A stretch of 64,000 bases of DNA, from assembly GCA_965219685.1 (NCBI GenBank), contig CBDCOH010000002.1:1408001-1472000 (forward strand), read 5' to 3'. Shown here piece by piece: positions 47,524 to 57,403 of the stretch. The notes beneath the pieces were generated by a model. The model ran no database searches and was not told the DNA's origin. It saw nothing but the letters and a program-made list of their open reading frames with translations. The stretch comes from Candidatus Spongiisociaceae bacterium (GTDB taxonomy: Bacteria > Actinomycetota > Acidimicrobiia > Spongiisociales > Spongiisociaceae). How positions within the stretch are numbered: the first letter of the stretch is position 1; the number at the start of each line of letters is the position of its first letter. The translations under genes were made by a program, and so were the position numbers.

Positions 47524-49088
47524 GCCGGGACCTCGACCAACGTCGGGCCGTCCGCTACCAGGGCACCCTCCACGGCGGTCATCAGTTCCTCGGGCTCGTG
47601 CACGCGCGCAAACGCGGCGCCGTAGGCAGCGGCCAGGGTCGCAAGGTCCGGCACGTGGAGATCGGTGGCGAACGGCTCGTACCCGCGCTCACGCATCAGG
47701 CGATCTATCTCACCGAACGCCCGGTCGTTCCAGATGACCACCGGAACAGCCAACCGGTGTTGGGCGGCCACCATCAACTCCGACATGGTGAACATGAAAC
47801 CGCCGTCTCCGGCGAGGGCCGCCACCGCCCGCTCGGGCCGGGCGATCTTGGCGCCGATCGCCGCAGGCAGCGCGTATCCCAACGTCCCCAGACCGGACGG
47901 ATTCATCCACGTCCGCGGTCCGGGAAGGTCGTAGAAGGGGTAGGCGCCGAAGCCGGCGACCATCGCCACATCCAGGGCGAGGGTGGACTCGGCGGGCATG
48001 GCCTTGCGGAGAGCCCTGATCCACGGTAGGTAGGACCGGCCCATGACCAGTGCCTCCTTCTCCGCCACAGCTCGAGCTTGCTCGGCGCGGGAAGCACCCC
48101 GCCTTGAACCTCTGCCGGTGACGGAGTCGAGAAGCATCGTCAAGGCTGCCCCGGCATCCCCCACCACCGGTGCGTCGACCGGGTGGTTCCGCCCGATCTG
48201 CTCAGGATCGATATCGACTTGGACCAGCCTCCCGCTCAACTGCAGGGGTCCCGTCCAGAAGTCGGCCGGGCTGAGTTCCGTCCCCACGGCCAGCACGACG
48301 TCGCACTCCTCGAGGAAGCGAGTCACCGAGCGGTAGATCACCAGAGAAGCCTCCAGGGGATGGCCACCCGGCACGACTCCCTTGCCGTTGAGCGTGGTCA
48401 CGATCGGGGCATCCAGACGTTCGGCGAGCGCGAGCAGTTCGCCGGCCGCCTGCTGGGCTCCACCACCCGCCACGATGGCCGGAGTTGCGGCCGAGTTGAG
48501 CAGATCGACCGCCCGTTCGAGGGCGTCCCCATCGGGCGTGGAAGGGGTCCCGGTCGGCGCGTCCGGGACATGGAGTGGGGTCGCCGCCTCCTGCACGTCA
48601 ACGGGAATGGCCAGACTCACGGGCCGGGGCCGTCCGTTCCCGAACCTGCGGAACGCGTCGTGTACGGCTCGTCCCACTTCGTCTGGCGACAGGATGAGCC
48701 GGTTCTCGTCGGTGATACCGGCCAGCACGCTCTCCTGCGAGCGGAGTTCGTGGGAGTGGCCCCGACCGCGCCCTATGTCCTCGCTGACGATGTGAGCCGT
48801 GATGCACAGCACCGGGACGGAGTCGGAGTACGCCTCGGCGATCGCGGTGGCGGCGTTCGTAACCCCCGGACCGGTCGTGACGATGCACACGCCCGTCCTG
48901 CCGGTCACCCTCGCGTATCCGTCCGCCATGAACGCGGCGCCCTGTTCGTGAGTGGTGGTGACGTGCGCGATGTCGGGTGCCTCACCCAGCGCCCGGTAGA
49001 TCTCGAGGGTGTGGGTGCTGGGGATGCCGAAGACATGCCGGACACGGTTCGCCCGGAGCGATTCGATCAATGCCTCGGCGCCGGTCAT
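47514..49088 (-). CDS. TPP-dependent 2-oxoacid decarboxylase (ALS-like/AruI-like)
   Basis: VFGIP, HEQGAAFMADGYAR, TGPGVTN, GTLGYALPAAIG, GDGG...WND. Confidence 0.9.
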   Translation of the reverse strand: MTGAEALIESLRANRVRHVFGIPSTHTLEIYRALGEAPDIAHVTTTHEQGAAFMADGYARVTGRTGVCIVTTGPGVTNAATAIAEAYSDSVPVLCITAHIVSEDIGRGRGHSHELRSQESVLAGITDENRLILSPDEVGRAVHDAFRRFGNGRPRPVSLAIPVDVQEAATPLHVPDAPTGTPSTPDGDALERAVDLLNSAATPAIVAGGGAQQAAGELLALAERLDAPIVTTLNGKGVVPGGHPLEASLVIYRSVTRFLEECDVVLAVGTELSPADFWTGPLQLSGRLVQVDIDPEQIGRNHPVDAPVVGDAGAALTMLLDSVTGRGSRRGASRAEQARAVAEKEALVMGRSYLPWIRALRKAMPAESTLALDVAMVAGFGAYPFYDLPGPRTWMNPSGLGTLGYALPAAIGAKIARPERAVAALAGDGGFMFTMSELMVAAQHRLAVPVVIWNDRAFGEIDRLMRERGYEPFATDLHVPDLATLAAAYGAAFARVHEPEELMTAVEGALVADGPTLVEVPAWA

Positions 49089-49118
49089 CGTGGACTTCTC
49101 CCCGGGTAGGCTCGGCGG

Positions 49119-50714
49119 ATGGTCGACCTTCTCCTGCGGAACGCGACGATCTACCCCGGCGATGCCGAGCCTTGGCCGGGAGATGTCGCAATCGACAACG
49201 GCGTCATAGTAGCGATGGGGGCCGGCCTGCGGCCCGAAGCCGACCGGACCATCGACCTCGATGGGCTATCACTGGCGCCGGGATTCGTCGACATGCACGC
49301 CCACAGCGCCCTGCGCTCCTTCGACGATCCCCTTCTCACCCCGAAGCTTCTCCAGGGCTTCACCACCGAACTCATAAACCCCGACGGGATGGGTCCGGCA
49401 CCCGTTACCGATGAGCGGCTCGCCGACCGGATGACTCAGTTGGGGCTCTCGGAAGGCCCCGGCCCGCCGGAGTGGCCTTGGAGATCCATCGGCGAGTACC
49501 TGGACGAACTGGAGCGAACGCGACCCTCCATCACCCTGTGTCCGTTCGTACCCCACGGCGCGGTACGTGACGCAGTGCTCGGCGGGGCGCAGCGGGCACC
49601 GCGTTCCGACGAGCTCAGGGCCATGCGGCGCGAGGTCGCCCGAGGCATGGAGGCAGGGGCATGGGGGATCTCCTTCGGCTTGGTGTACACCCCGGGCGCC
49701 TATGCGGATCGCGACGAGGTCGTTGCCGTCTCGTCGGAGGCCGCGAGGTTCGGCGGGCTGATCTCGGTTCACATGCGGGGCGAGAGCCACAACCTGCTGG
49801 AGGCGGTGGAGGAGATGATGGACGTGTCCCGCCGGAGCGGAGCTCCCCTCCACCTCTCACATCTGAAGGTTCTCGGGCGTCGCAACGCCTGGAAGCTGGA
49901 GCCTCTGCTCGAGATGATCGACCGGGCGCCCGCGGACGGAGTCGACGTCAGCTTCGACCAGTATCCCTACGGCGCCGGAGTGACCCTCCTCTCCGCTCTG
50001 CTGCCCCCGTGGGCACACGACGGGGGCGTGGAGCAGATGACTACTCGACTGCGGGACCGTTCCACCGCGGATCGCCTCGTCGGCGCGCTGGGCGACCCGG
50101 ATGCCGGCCCGGAGAGCTTCTACTACCAGTGCGGCCCGGACGGGATCGTGGTGATCGACTGCGGCCACGACGGACCCCGTGACGTGGTAGGCCGCACGCT
50201 CGCCGAGATCGCCTCGGCCCGCGATGTCGAACCCGAGCAGGTAGTCGTCGACCTGTTGCTGGAAACCGGGATGAGCGCCCTGGTCATCCTGCATTACGCC
50301 GACGAATCGGTTGTCAGGGCAATCGCACGTCACCCGGCGATGCTGGTGGGCAGCGATGCGGTATTCGCCAGAACCCCCCATCCGAGGCTCTGGGGCACCG
50401 CACCCAGGTTCCTGGGCCGGTACGCGATCGGGGAACGGCTCGTGGACGTACGCGAAGCAATCGCCCGGCTCTCGTTCCGGGCAGCCCGCCGGGTAGGGCT
50501 GAACGACCGTGGTGAGATCGCAGAGGGCAAGCGGGCCGACCTGGTCGCCTTCGACCCGGACCGGGTGATCGACCGGGCAACCTACGACGAACCCGAACTG
50601 CCACCTTCGGGGATCGACTGGGTCATCGTGGGAGGGAAGGTGGCGGTGGACCGGAACGGCCCCACCGGAGTCCGCCGGGGCCACGTAGCCCGAAGGAACG
50701 CAGCCGGGTTCTGA
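49119..50714 (+). CDS. N-acyl-D-amino-acid deacylase family protein
   Basis: APGFVDMHAHS, GLVYTPG, HMRGE, HLSHLK, DQYPY, GSD, HPRLWGT. Confidence 0.9.
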   Translation: MVDLLLRNATIYPGDAEPWPGDVAIDNGVIVAMGAGLRPEADRTIDLDGLSLAPGFVDMHAHSALRSFDDPLLTPKLLQGFTTELINPDGMGPAPVTDERLADRMTQLGLSEGPGPPEWPWRSIGEYLDELERTRPSITLCPFVPHGAVRDAVLGGAQRAPRSDELRAMRREVARGMEAGAWGISFGLVYTPGAYADRDEVVAVSSEAARFGGLISVHMRGESHNLLEAVEEMMDVSRRSGAPLHLSHLKVLGRRNAWKLEPLLEMIDRAPADGVDVSFDQYPYGAGVTLLSALLPPWAHDGGVEQMTTRLRDRSTADRLVGALGDPDAGPESFYYQCGPDGIVVIDCGHDGPRDVVGRTLAEIASARDVEPEQVVVDLLLETGMSALVILHYADESVVRAIARHPAMLVGSDAVFARTPHPRLWGTAPRFLGRYAIGERLVDVREAIARLSFRAARRVGLNDRGEIAEGKRADLVAFDPDRVIDRATYDEPELPPSGIDWVIVGGKVAVDRNGPTGVRRGHVARRNAAGF

Positions 50715-50757
50715 CTGGAATCCAGTCCACCCGCCTGCAAGTTGCCCAAGCGGAGGA

Positions 50758-51411
50758 TCACCCGAACAGCGCCCTGGCGATCTCCGGCTGGCGGCGTTGC
50801 CAGTACCGAGCCACGGTTTCGGGCAAGCGCGGTTGGCCGAGGCTCGCCGAGAGCCAAGGATCATCGGCCACGTCGCTGAAGGACCCCAGCGCCCGGACGA
50901 GGTGATAGACGCTCTGGTGCGTGCTGTCGACTCCGTATCGCAGGCAATACCAATCGAGCATCGCCATCGCGTCCGTATCCCCCATCACCTCGATGCACAT
51001 GAGGTCGTAGTAGTCGCGCAACTCTCCCCGATCTCCTACGACCTTCAACTTGGTGGCGGCCACGTCGGGGAACGATCCAACGACCATCTCGCCGACCTTC
51101 CGACCACGCTCGATCCTGTGCTGTCCGGTTGCCGAGAGAAACTGGATCTTGACCTCACCGAAGACACAGTTGAGCGTGCCCTCCGACCGGTACTCCGATG
51201 CCACCGGTCCATGTCGCTGCAGGCTCTCGAGCAAGACCCCGGGGTCGAAAGGAGCGTGGACGAAAATGTCCAGATCCTCCGACTGGCGATGTTCGAGGTA
51301 TGTGGCCAGAGCCGTCCCACCCATGAGCTCTCCCGAGGGCGGCGACAACGAACCCACCAGATCCCAGATCTCCAGCATGGCGGGGGTCAGAATCCCGTCA
51401 GCGACGGGCAT
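50758..51411 (-). CDS. AbiEii/AbiGii-like nucleotidyltransferase toxin
   Basis: LMGGTALATYLEHRQSEDLDIF, ATKLKV..RGELRDYYDL. Confidence 0.85.
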   Translation of the reverse strand: MPVADGILTPAMLEIWDLVGSLSPPSGELMGGTALATYLEHRQSEDLDIFVHAPFDPGVLLESLQRHGPVASEYRSEGTLNCVFGEVKIQFLSATGQHRIERGRKVGEMVVGSFPDVAATKLKVVGDRGELRDYYDLMCIEVMGDTDAMAMLDWYCLRYGVDSTHQSVYHLVRALGSFSDVADDPWLSASLGQPRLPETVARYWQRRQPEIARALFG

Positions 51412-51646
51412 CGATAGCGTTGCAGATCAGGTCTCGCGTGACCGGCTTGGTGGATCGCAGGGTCAAGCAGTACTCGAGCGCCTCGGTAGGTAGATGGACC
51501 GAGGCCCATATCGCTGCATCCGGCCAAGGCCCGTTGAACATTCGTCCTGCCACGTACTCGGAGTCGTCGGGCAGGCGGAGCAGGCCGGGGTCGGGGTGGT
51601 TCCAGAAGGACTTCCAGAACCTCTCAGGTATACGTCTCATACTCAA
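51398..51646 (-). CDS. Small putative antitoxin partner of the AbiEii-like gene
   Basis: IPERFWKSFWN...EYVAGRMFNG; overlaps the toxin start. Confidence 0.65.
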   Translation of the reverse strand: MSMRRIPERFWKSFWNHPDPGLLRLPDDSEYVAGRMFNGPWPDAAIWASVHLPTEALEYCLTLRSTKPVTRDLICNAIDARR

Positions 51647-51784
51647 TACATATGTTACCTGACATCGGGTATTAGATCAGCTCCACCCATCCCGGCAGAA
51701 GCCGGGTTCGATCCGCCCCTGTGTACCTCCGCAGTCCGAGCACCGTCCGCCGGCGTGCCCCTGCAAAGCGCAGTCGGTCGGGCG

Positions 51785-52301
51785 TACTGCTAGGGTGCCG
51801 GACGCAGTGCGTAACTTCGACCTGATGATCATCGGCACCGGATCCGGAAACTCGGTGATCGGACCGGAACACGACGGTTGGGACATCGCCATCGTGGAGC
51901 GGGGCCTGTTCGGCGGCACCTGCCTGAACGTGGGCTGCATACCTTCGAAGATGTTCGTCTACGCGGCGGAGATGGCCGAACTGGCAGCCGACAGCGAACG
52001 GCTGGGCGTACGAACCCGCTTCGACGGCGCCGACTGGCCATCCATCCGTGACCGCGTGTTCGGCCGTATCGACCCCATCGCCGCGGGCGGCCGCACCTAC
52101 AGGGAGGAACTCCCCAACGTGACTGTCTACCCCGGAACCGGGCGGTTCGTCCGTTCGAAAGGTGTAACCGTGTGCGACTCGGTCGTCACCACCGAACCGA
52201 TCGTCATAACGCCGGGAGGACGACCCACCGTACCCCCGTGCCGTGCTCAGCCGACTGCGCCTACCACATGTCGGACATACCGCGCATCGAGAAAGAAGTG
52301 A
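51785..52301 (+). pseudogene. Partial 5' duplicate of mycothione reductase (left direct repeat)
   Basis: 51785-51847 is identical to 54333-54395; mostly synonymous differences to ~52150, then decay and frameshift. Confidence 0.92.
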
Positions 52302-52343
52302 ACGCGCTACCCACTCATAAACATCGAACTACGGTATGATCCT

Positions 52344-53504
52344 GTGATGCCCTCACTGAACCAACCGCAGCGTACCACACGGGAACCCGACGACGATCCT
52401 CACGAACCCGACGATCTGACTCCAGAAGAGGAGGAAGACCTAACTAGCGCGGATGCCAATGTCCGGCCTGTTGCGTATTCCGGCCAAGACTTTGACGTGC
52501 ACGGACTCATCCGTAGATTAGGCAATGGCGACATTCTTATCCCCACCTTTGGCCACGCAGACCCACGAATAGTTAGTGCTGGATTCCAGCGGTCTTTCGT
52601 GTGGACGAAGCGTCAAATGGATCGGTTCATAGAGTCGCTCCTACTTGGCTACCCCATACCTGGGATCTTCCTCATCAAGCAGCGTGATAAACGGTACCTT
52701 GTACTTGATGGTCAACAACGTCTGATGACCCTCGGCTACTTCGCAGATGGGTTATATGCATCTAAGGAGTTCTCTCTCCACAATACAGCAGATCAGTTCA
52801 AGCATCTTACTTACAAGACGCTCCCCGAGGATCTACGGCGTCAATTCGATGACACATACATGAATGCGACGATCGTGTCTACGGACGGGTCTGCACAATC
52901 CCTTGAGTCTATATATCAGATCTTCGAGAGGCTCAATGCAGGAGGTACTAAGCTCACTCCACATGAGATTCGTGTTGCATTGTACGCGGGCCCAATAATT
53001 GACTATATTGAAGGACTCAACAGTGATTCGGTTTGGCGAGATCTCTATGGAAAACGTGCAAAGAGACTGCGAGATCAGGAACTCGTCCTACGAATAATTG
53101 CACTCTATGTCGCAGCCTCCACCTATAAACGACCTCTCAAGAGTTTTCTCAATACGTTCACAGGTATTCACCGTGATCTTCGTAATCTCCAAACAACACT
53201 CGTCGCTGAGCGGTTCACTACCGCAGCACAATTGATCAAGGATGGCCCAGGGAAAAGTGCAATACGTCTTAGAGGACGTCAGGTCAACGCAGCGCTAACG
53301 GAGGCTCTATTCGTAGGGCTTATGCGCCGACTAGATCAGGAGAACGACCCAGCGCCAAGTGCTGTGACGGATGCCGTGTCCGCGATAGCTACAGCTATAC
53401 AGTACAAGGAGGATTTGCTTGCTGCCGTCACTCGTTCAACTGCTGATGAGGATAAGGTTCGCACCCGTCTAGCATTCATGACTTCACATCTGGCAAGGAT
53501 CTGA
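52344..53504 (+). CDS. DUF262 (ParB/Srx-like, GmrSD N-terminal) protein
   Basis: FQRSFVW, SLLLGYPIP, VLDGQQRL, IFERLNAGGTKL; visibly low GC. Confidence 0.9.
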   Translation: MMPSLNQPQRTTREPDDDPHEPDDLTPEEEEDLTSADANVRPVAYSGQDFDVHGLIRRLGNGDILIPTFGHADPRIVSAGFQRSFVWTKRQMDRFIESLLLGYPIPGIFLIKQRDKRYLVLDGQQRLMTLGYFADGLYASKEFSLHNTADQFKHLTYKTLPEDLRRQFDDTYMNATIVSTDGSAQSLESIYQIFERLNAGGTKLTPHEIRVALYAGPIIDYIEGLNSDSVWRDLYGKRAKRLRDQELVLRIIALYVAASTYKRPLKSFLNTFTGIHRDLRNLQTTLVAERFTTAAQLIKDGPGKSAIRLRGRQVNAALTEALFVGLMRRLDQENDPAPSAVTDAVSAIATAIQYKEDLLAAVTRSTADEDKVRTRLAFMTSHLARI

Positions 53505-53505
53505 G

Positions 53506-54006
53506 TTGTCCAGGGGACAGAATCCGAACCTCAATATCCACAGGTCGGAACAATCGTTGGCCGCCCTACGAACTCTTGTCAACCAACAGGCCCGTACAGC
53601 AGATGACGACGTTGTACGGCAGTTGGCAAGGTTTCTTGTGATCAGAGCCTGTGGGTTCTTGGAGCAAGTTGCCAAAGAGTGTTGCATTTCTTACCTTCTT
53701 AGGCAATCAGATCCGAGAGCAGCAGCCTTTGGAGCGAGCTGGCTAAGGCGTGCCCCTAGTCCAACGCCGGACAATCTTGTAAGCCTGGTACGCCGGTTCG
53801 ACACCGTTTGGGCGGATGAACTCTGCGAGTTGCTAAACGAGGACGATGAGCGTCTTCGCCGTGAGATCGGGTTTCTGGTCGACCGTCGTAACAGAATCGC
53901 TCACGGTCTGAATGAGGGTGTCTCGACAGTGAAGGCTATCCAGCTAGCTGAAGTATCAGAGGAAGTTACGGATTGGTTTATCCGACGCCTCGGGACTCAA
54001 TCCTGA
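53506..54006 (+). CDS. HEPN-domain putative RNase (MAE_28990/MAE_18760 or RiboL-PSP-like)
   Basis: VIRACGFLE N-terminal helix and RNRIAH (Rx4H); 1 nt after the DUF262 stop. Confidence 0.82.
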   Translation: MSRGQNPNLNIHRSEQSLAALRTLVNQQARTADDDVVRQLARFLVIRACGFLEQVAKECCISYLLRQSDPRAAAFGASWLRRAPSPTPDNLVSLVRRFDTVWADELCELLNEDDERLRREIGFLVDRRNRIAHGLNEGVSTVKAIQLAEVSEEVTDWFIRRLGTQS

Positions 54007-54342
54007 TTGATGGGACAAGTCTGTGAGACTTTACTCATGGCTACTCTCTCTAAGGTGGCTTAGCCTTACAACTGCTGGAAGGGCAGTACTTCCACTCAAG
54101 AAGGATAAGCACGTCTGTTTAGTGTAGAGTATGTAAAACGGTTATTGAACAATGATGTCTATAACGGACCTTGGTCAAATAGAGGTTCACACATGTCCCC
54201 GAGACTACAACGGTGGTATACAGTTCGCGGACCTGGGAGAGTTCGCATCCTGGGCTGGACCGGACTCGTTGACGTCCTACGGCGGGAGACAGTCGGGACA
54301 AGCGCCGATTGCCACCACAAGCAAGCTCCGGCTACTGCTAGG

Positions 54343-55716
54343 GTGCCGGACGCAGTGCGTAACTTCGACCTGATGATCATCGGCACCGGATCCGGGAATT
54401 CGGTGATCGGTCCGGAGCACGACGGTTGGGACATCGCCATCGTGGAGCGGGGTCCTTTCGGCGGTACCTGCCTGAACGTGGGCTGCATACCTTCGAAGAT
54501 GTTCGTGTACGCGGCGGAGATGGCCGAGTTGGCTTCTGACAGTGAGCGGCTGGGCGTGCACACCCGCTTCGACGGCGCCGACTGGCCATCCATCCGCGAT
54601 CGCGTATTCGGCCGTATCGACCCCATCGCCGCGGGCGGCCGCACCTACCGCGAGGAACTTCCCAACGTGACCGTGTACTCCGGAACAGGGCGGTTCGTGG
54701 GAACGAAGCGTGTAGCGGTGGCCGACGAGGTCATTTCCGCCGAGCGGATCGTCATCGCGGCGGGAGGGAGGCCTACCGTTCCGCCCGTGCCGGGCCTCGC
54801 CGAATGCGGCTACCACACTTCGGACACGGTCATGCGGCTCGAGCGGCTGCCCGAGCGACTGCTGGTGATCGGCGCGGGGTACATCGCCGCCGAGCTGGGC
54901 GGTGTGATGGGCGCGTTCGGTTCGAAGGTCACCTTCCTACTCCGAGGCGACACCTTCCTGCGCCGGGAGGACCACGACATCAGCAGCCGGTTCACGTCTG
55001 CCTACTCACGTCGGTTCGACGTGCGAACGCACACCCGGCTGATCGAAGCCCGCCGGGACGGAGACGACGTCGTGATAGGCCTGGTCGACAAGGACGGAGA
55101 CAGAATCGAGTTGAGTGGGGATGAGTTGCTGGTGGCCACCGGCCGCCGGCCCAACACCGACCAACTCGACTTGACCGCGGGAGGAATCGAAGTCGACCGA
55201 CGCGGCTTCGTGGTCACCGACGACCAACTCCGCACGAGCGTCGACGGCGTGTGGGCGCTCGGCGACATCACCAACCCCGTCCAGCTGAAGCACGTCGCCA
55301 ACCACGAGGCCCGGGTGGTGCGTCACAACCTGACCAACCCGGAAAGTCCGGCGACCGTCGACCACCGCTTCATCCCGCATGCAGTGTTCGGCTATCCCCA
55401 GATCGCCAGCGTGGGCTTCACGGAGCAGGAGTGCAGGCAGCAGGACCTCCCGTACGTGAGCCATGTGCAGCCCTACTCGGAGGCCGCCTACGGCTGGGCG
55501 ATGGAGGACACCGATAGCGTGGCCAAGGTGATCGCCCACGCCGAGACCCGCCGTCTCCTCGGCGCCCACATCATCGGACCGCAGGCGCCCACCCTCATCC
55601 AGCAACTCATCCAGGGCATGCACTTCGACCTGACCGTCGACCAGATGTCACGCGGCCAGTATTACATCCACCCTGCGCTCCCCGAGGTAGTCGAACAGGC
55701 CCTGCTCGAACTCTGA
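54343..55716 (+). CDS. mtr: Mycothione reductase
   Basis: IIGTGSGNS, GGTCLNVGCIPSK, QLKHVANHEARVVRHN, AYGWAMED, YYIHPALPEVVE. Confidence 0.9.
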   Translation: MPDAVRNFDLMIIGTGSGNSVIGPEHDGWDIAIVERGPFGGTCLNVGCIPSKMFVYAAEMAELASDSERLGVHTRFDGADWPSIRDRVFGRIDPIAAGGRTYREELPNVTVYSGTGRFVGTKRVAVADEVISAERIVIAAGGRPTVPPVPGLAECGYHTSDTVMRLERLPERLLVIGAGYIAAELGGVMGAFGSKVTFLLRGDTFLRREDHDISSRFTSAYSRRFDVRTHTRLIEARRDGDDVVIGLVDKDGDRIELSGDELLVATGRRPNTDQLDLTAGGIEVDRRGFVVTDDQLRTSVDGVWALGDITNPVQLKHVANHEARVVRHNLTNPESPATVDHRFIPHAVFGYPQIASVGFTEQECRQQDLPYVSHVQPYSEAAYGWAMEDTDSVAKVIAHAETRRLLGAHIIGPQAPTLIQQLIQGMHFDLTVDQMSRGQYYIHPALPEVVEQALLEL

Positions 55717-55808
55717 CCGAGCTCTGGGAATCTGCCCGATCACGACAGAGCGGGAATCTTGGCCATAACAAATCCTGTAGACGGGAGTCGGCGATCCAAT
55801 CACGGAGC

Positions 55809-56075
55809 TTGAGGTACTATCGGGTCCAGTGGTACACATCAGTTCTCGGACGAGTTGCATCTCACAGGAGTAAGCTTATAGTGACTAAACACCCGCCACC
55901 GGCCGCTGTCGTCGTTACAGATGCCGAGCACCCTGCGGCACGCATCATCGGGTGGAGTGACGACATCCGCATCAAGGTCGACCTAGCCGAGCCAGCCATT
56001 CCTCCCGAGGATTGGCACATTGTCTCAAGTCCCGAAAGAGTTCTGACCGGCATTCCGGCGGACCATTCAGGTTGA
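55809..56075 (+). pseudogene. Degenerate Phd/YefM-like antitoxin
   Basis: RVASHRSKLIVTKHPPPAAVVV resembles V...E.IVITKHGxPVAxxV; tail IRIKVDLAEPAIPPEDW; no cognate toxin follows. Confidence 0.45.
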
Positions 56076-56098
56076 TCTCGGAGCCACCCGGCTCCGAC

Positions 56099-57403
56099 TC
56101 ACGACACTATTGCCACCTGCTCAAGCACCGCCGCTGCCGTTTGCAGGATGTATTCGACGTGGTCTTCCCCCATGACCGAAGAGGTGGACAGGAACGGGAA
56201 ACCGAAAACGCCGCGGTTCCCGAACGCCAGAGAGAGGCCGGTCATCAGCACGTCGGGTCGGCGTACTTCCGGCTCGCAGGCCAGGCTGAGCAGGGACCCG
56301 CCGCCTTCGACTCGGAGTGGCAGGCCCCGTTCACTCACGGCGGCGGACAAGCCTTCGCGCAGCAGCCTGCCGAGGTGGTCGATCCGGTCGTAGACCTCCC
56401 GGGTGAGGAGGCGGAGGCCGGCGACCCCCGCTGCGGCCGTCATCGGGTTGGCGTTGAAGGTCCCTGCCAGGGCCACCTTCATGTCGCCGAGCGGGTCGGT
56501 GACCGCCATGATGTCGGCCCTCCCACCGAACGCGCCGACCGGGAGGCCGCCGCCGATCAGCTTCCCGAGAGCGGTCATGTCGGGCGCCACCCCGTAGCGT
56601 TCCTGCGCGCCTCCCATCGCCAGGCGCAGGGAGATGACCTCGTCGAACAGGAGGAGCACTCCCTCGTCCGCCGTAACGGCTCGCAAGGTCTCCAGGAACC
56701 CTTCGGGCGGATGGGCGAAGCCGCCCGCCGAGCGGAATGGGGTGAGGATCACCGCGGCCATCCGGTCGGCGTTCAGCCTGATCAGGTGGGCGACACCATC
56801 GGTGTCCCCCCAGGAACCCAGCACGACGTTGTCCGAGAGGTTGGCGGGCACTCCCCCGGTGCTCGGCGCCATGCCGACGGCGCCCGGAGCGGACCCGAAC
56901 TCGAAGCCGTCGTAGGTGCCGTGATAGGCGCCGTCCAGCTTGAGGACGAGGTCCCGGCCGGTGAAGGCCCGGGCCACCTTGAGCATGTGCATGTTGGCCT
57001 CGGTGCCCGAGTTGGCGAAGCGGACCCGCTCGATCGACGGGATCCGCTCGCAGAGGATGCTCGCCCACTCGACCTCGGTCGGGTTGTGGCCTCCCCAGGC
57101 GGTCCCCGACTCCGCCTGGGACCGCACCGCCGCCACGATGTCGGGATGGGCGTGCCCGTGGACCAGCGCGGTCGAGTTGTTGTTCAGGTCGAGGCGGCGA
57201 TTCCCGTCGACGTCCCAAATGTAAGGGCCTTCCCCGCGCTCGAAGTAGGGAGGGTGCGGGCGGGTCGTAATCGAGTAACGGGTATCACCGCCCGGGAGGA
57301 CCCCCCCACCCCTAACGAATAGGGCTGCCGAACGGGGGGTGATCCGGCGGTACTCGTCGACTATCCCCTGGTACCACTCGAGGAGCGGTTGGTCGGCGCT
57401 CAT
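56099..57403 (-). CDS. Class III aminotransferase (glutamate-1-semialdehyde aminomutase-like)
   Basis: WDVDGN, GHAHP, RFANSGTEA, FDEV, GKLIGGGLPVGAFGG, GTFNANP; ATGA-coupled start MSADQP. Confidence 0.9.
   Translation of the reverse strand: MSADQPLLEWYQGIVDEYRRITPRSAALFVRGGGVLPGGDTRYSITTRPHPPYFERGEGPYIWDVDGNRRLDLNNNSTALVHGHAHPDIVAAVRSQAESGTAWGGHNPTEVEWASILCERIPSIERVRFANSGTEANMHMLKVARAFTGRDLVLKLDGAYHGTYDGFEFGSAPGAVGMAPSTGGVPANLSDNVVLGSWGDTDGVAHLIRLNADRMAAVILTPFRSAGGFAHPPEGFLETLRAVTADEGVLLLFDEVISLRLAMGGAQERYGVAPDMTALGKLIGGGLPVGAFGGRADIMAVTDPLGDMKVALAGTFNANPMTAAAGVAGLRLLTREVYDRIDHLGRLLREGLSAAVSERGLPLRVEGGGSLLSLACEPEVRRPDVLMTGLSLAFGNRGVFGFPFLSTSSVMGEDHVEYILQTAAAVLEQVAIVS

Noticed and set aside
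51667-51730. tRNA-like relic (gggtattagatcagct...gggttcgatcc) at the island edge
   Set aside because: No D or anticodon arm, imperfect T stem and no CCA; cannot be supported without tRNAscan/ARAGORN.
54145-54342. N-terminal extension of mtr in the ORF track
   Set aside because: Homology and the duplicated start both begin at GTG 54343; the extension has no recognisable content.
55912-55924. gttacagatg match to the dispersed element
   Set aside because: Only 10 nt with no flanking similarity; probably chance.
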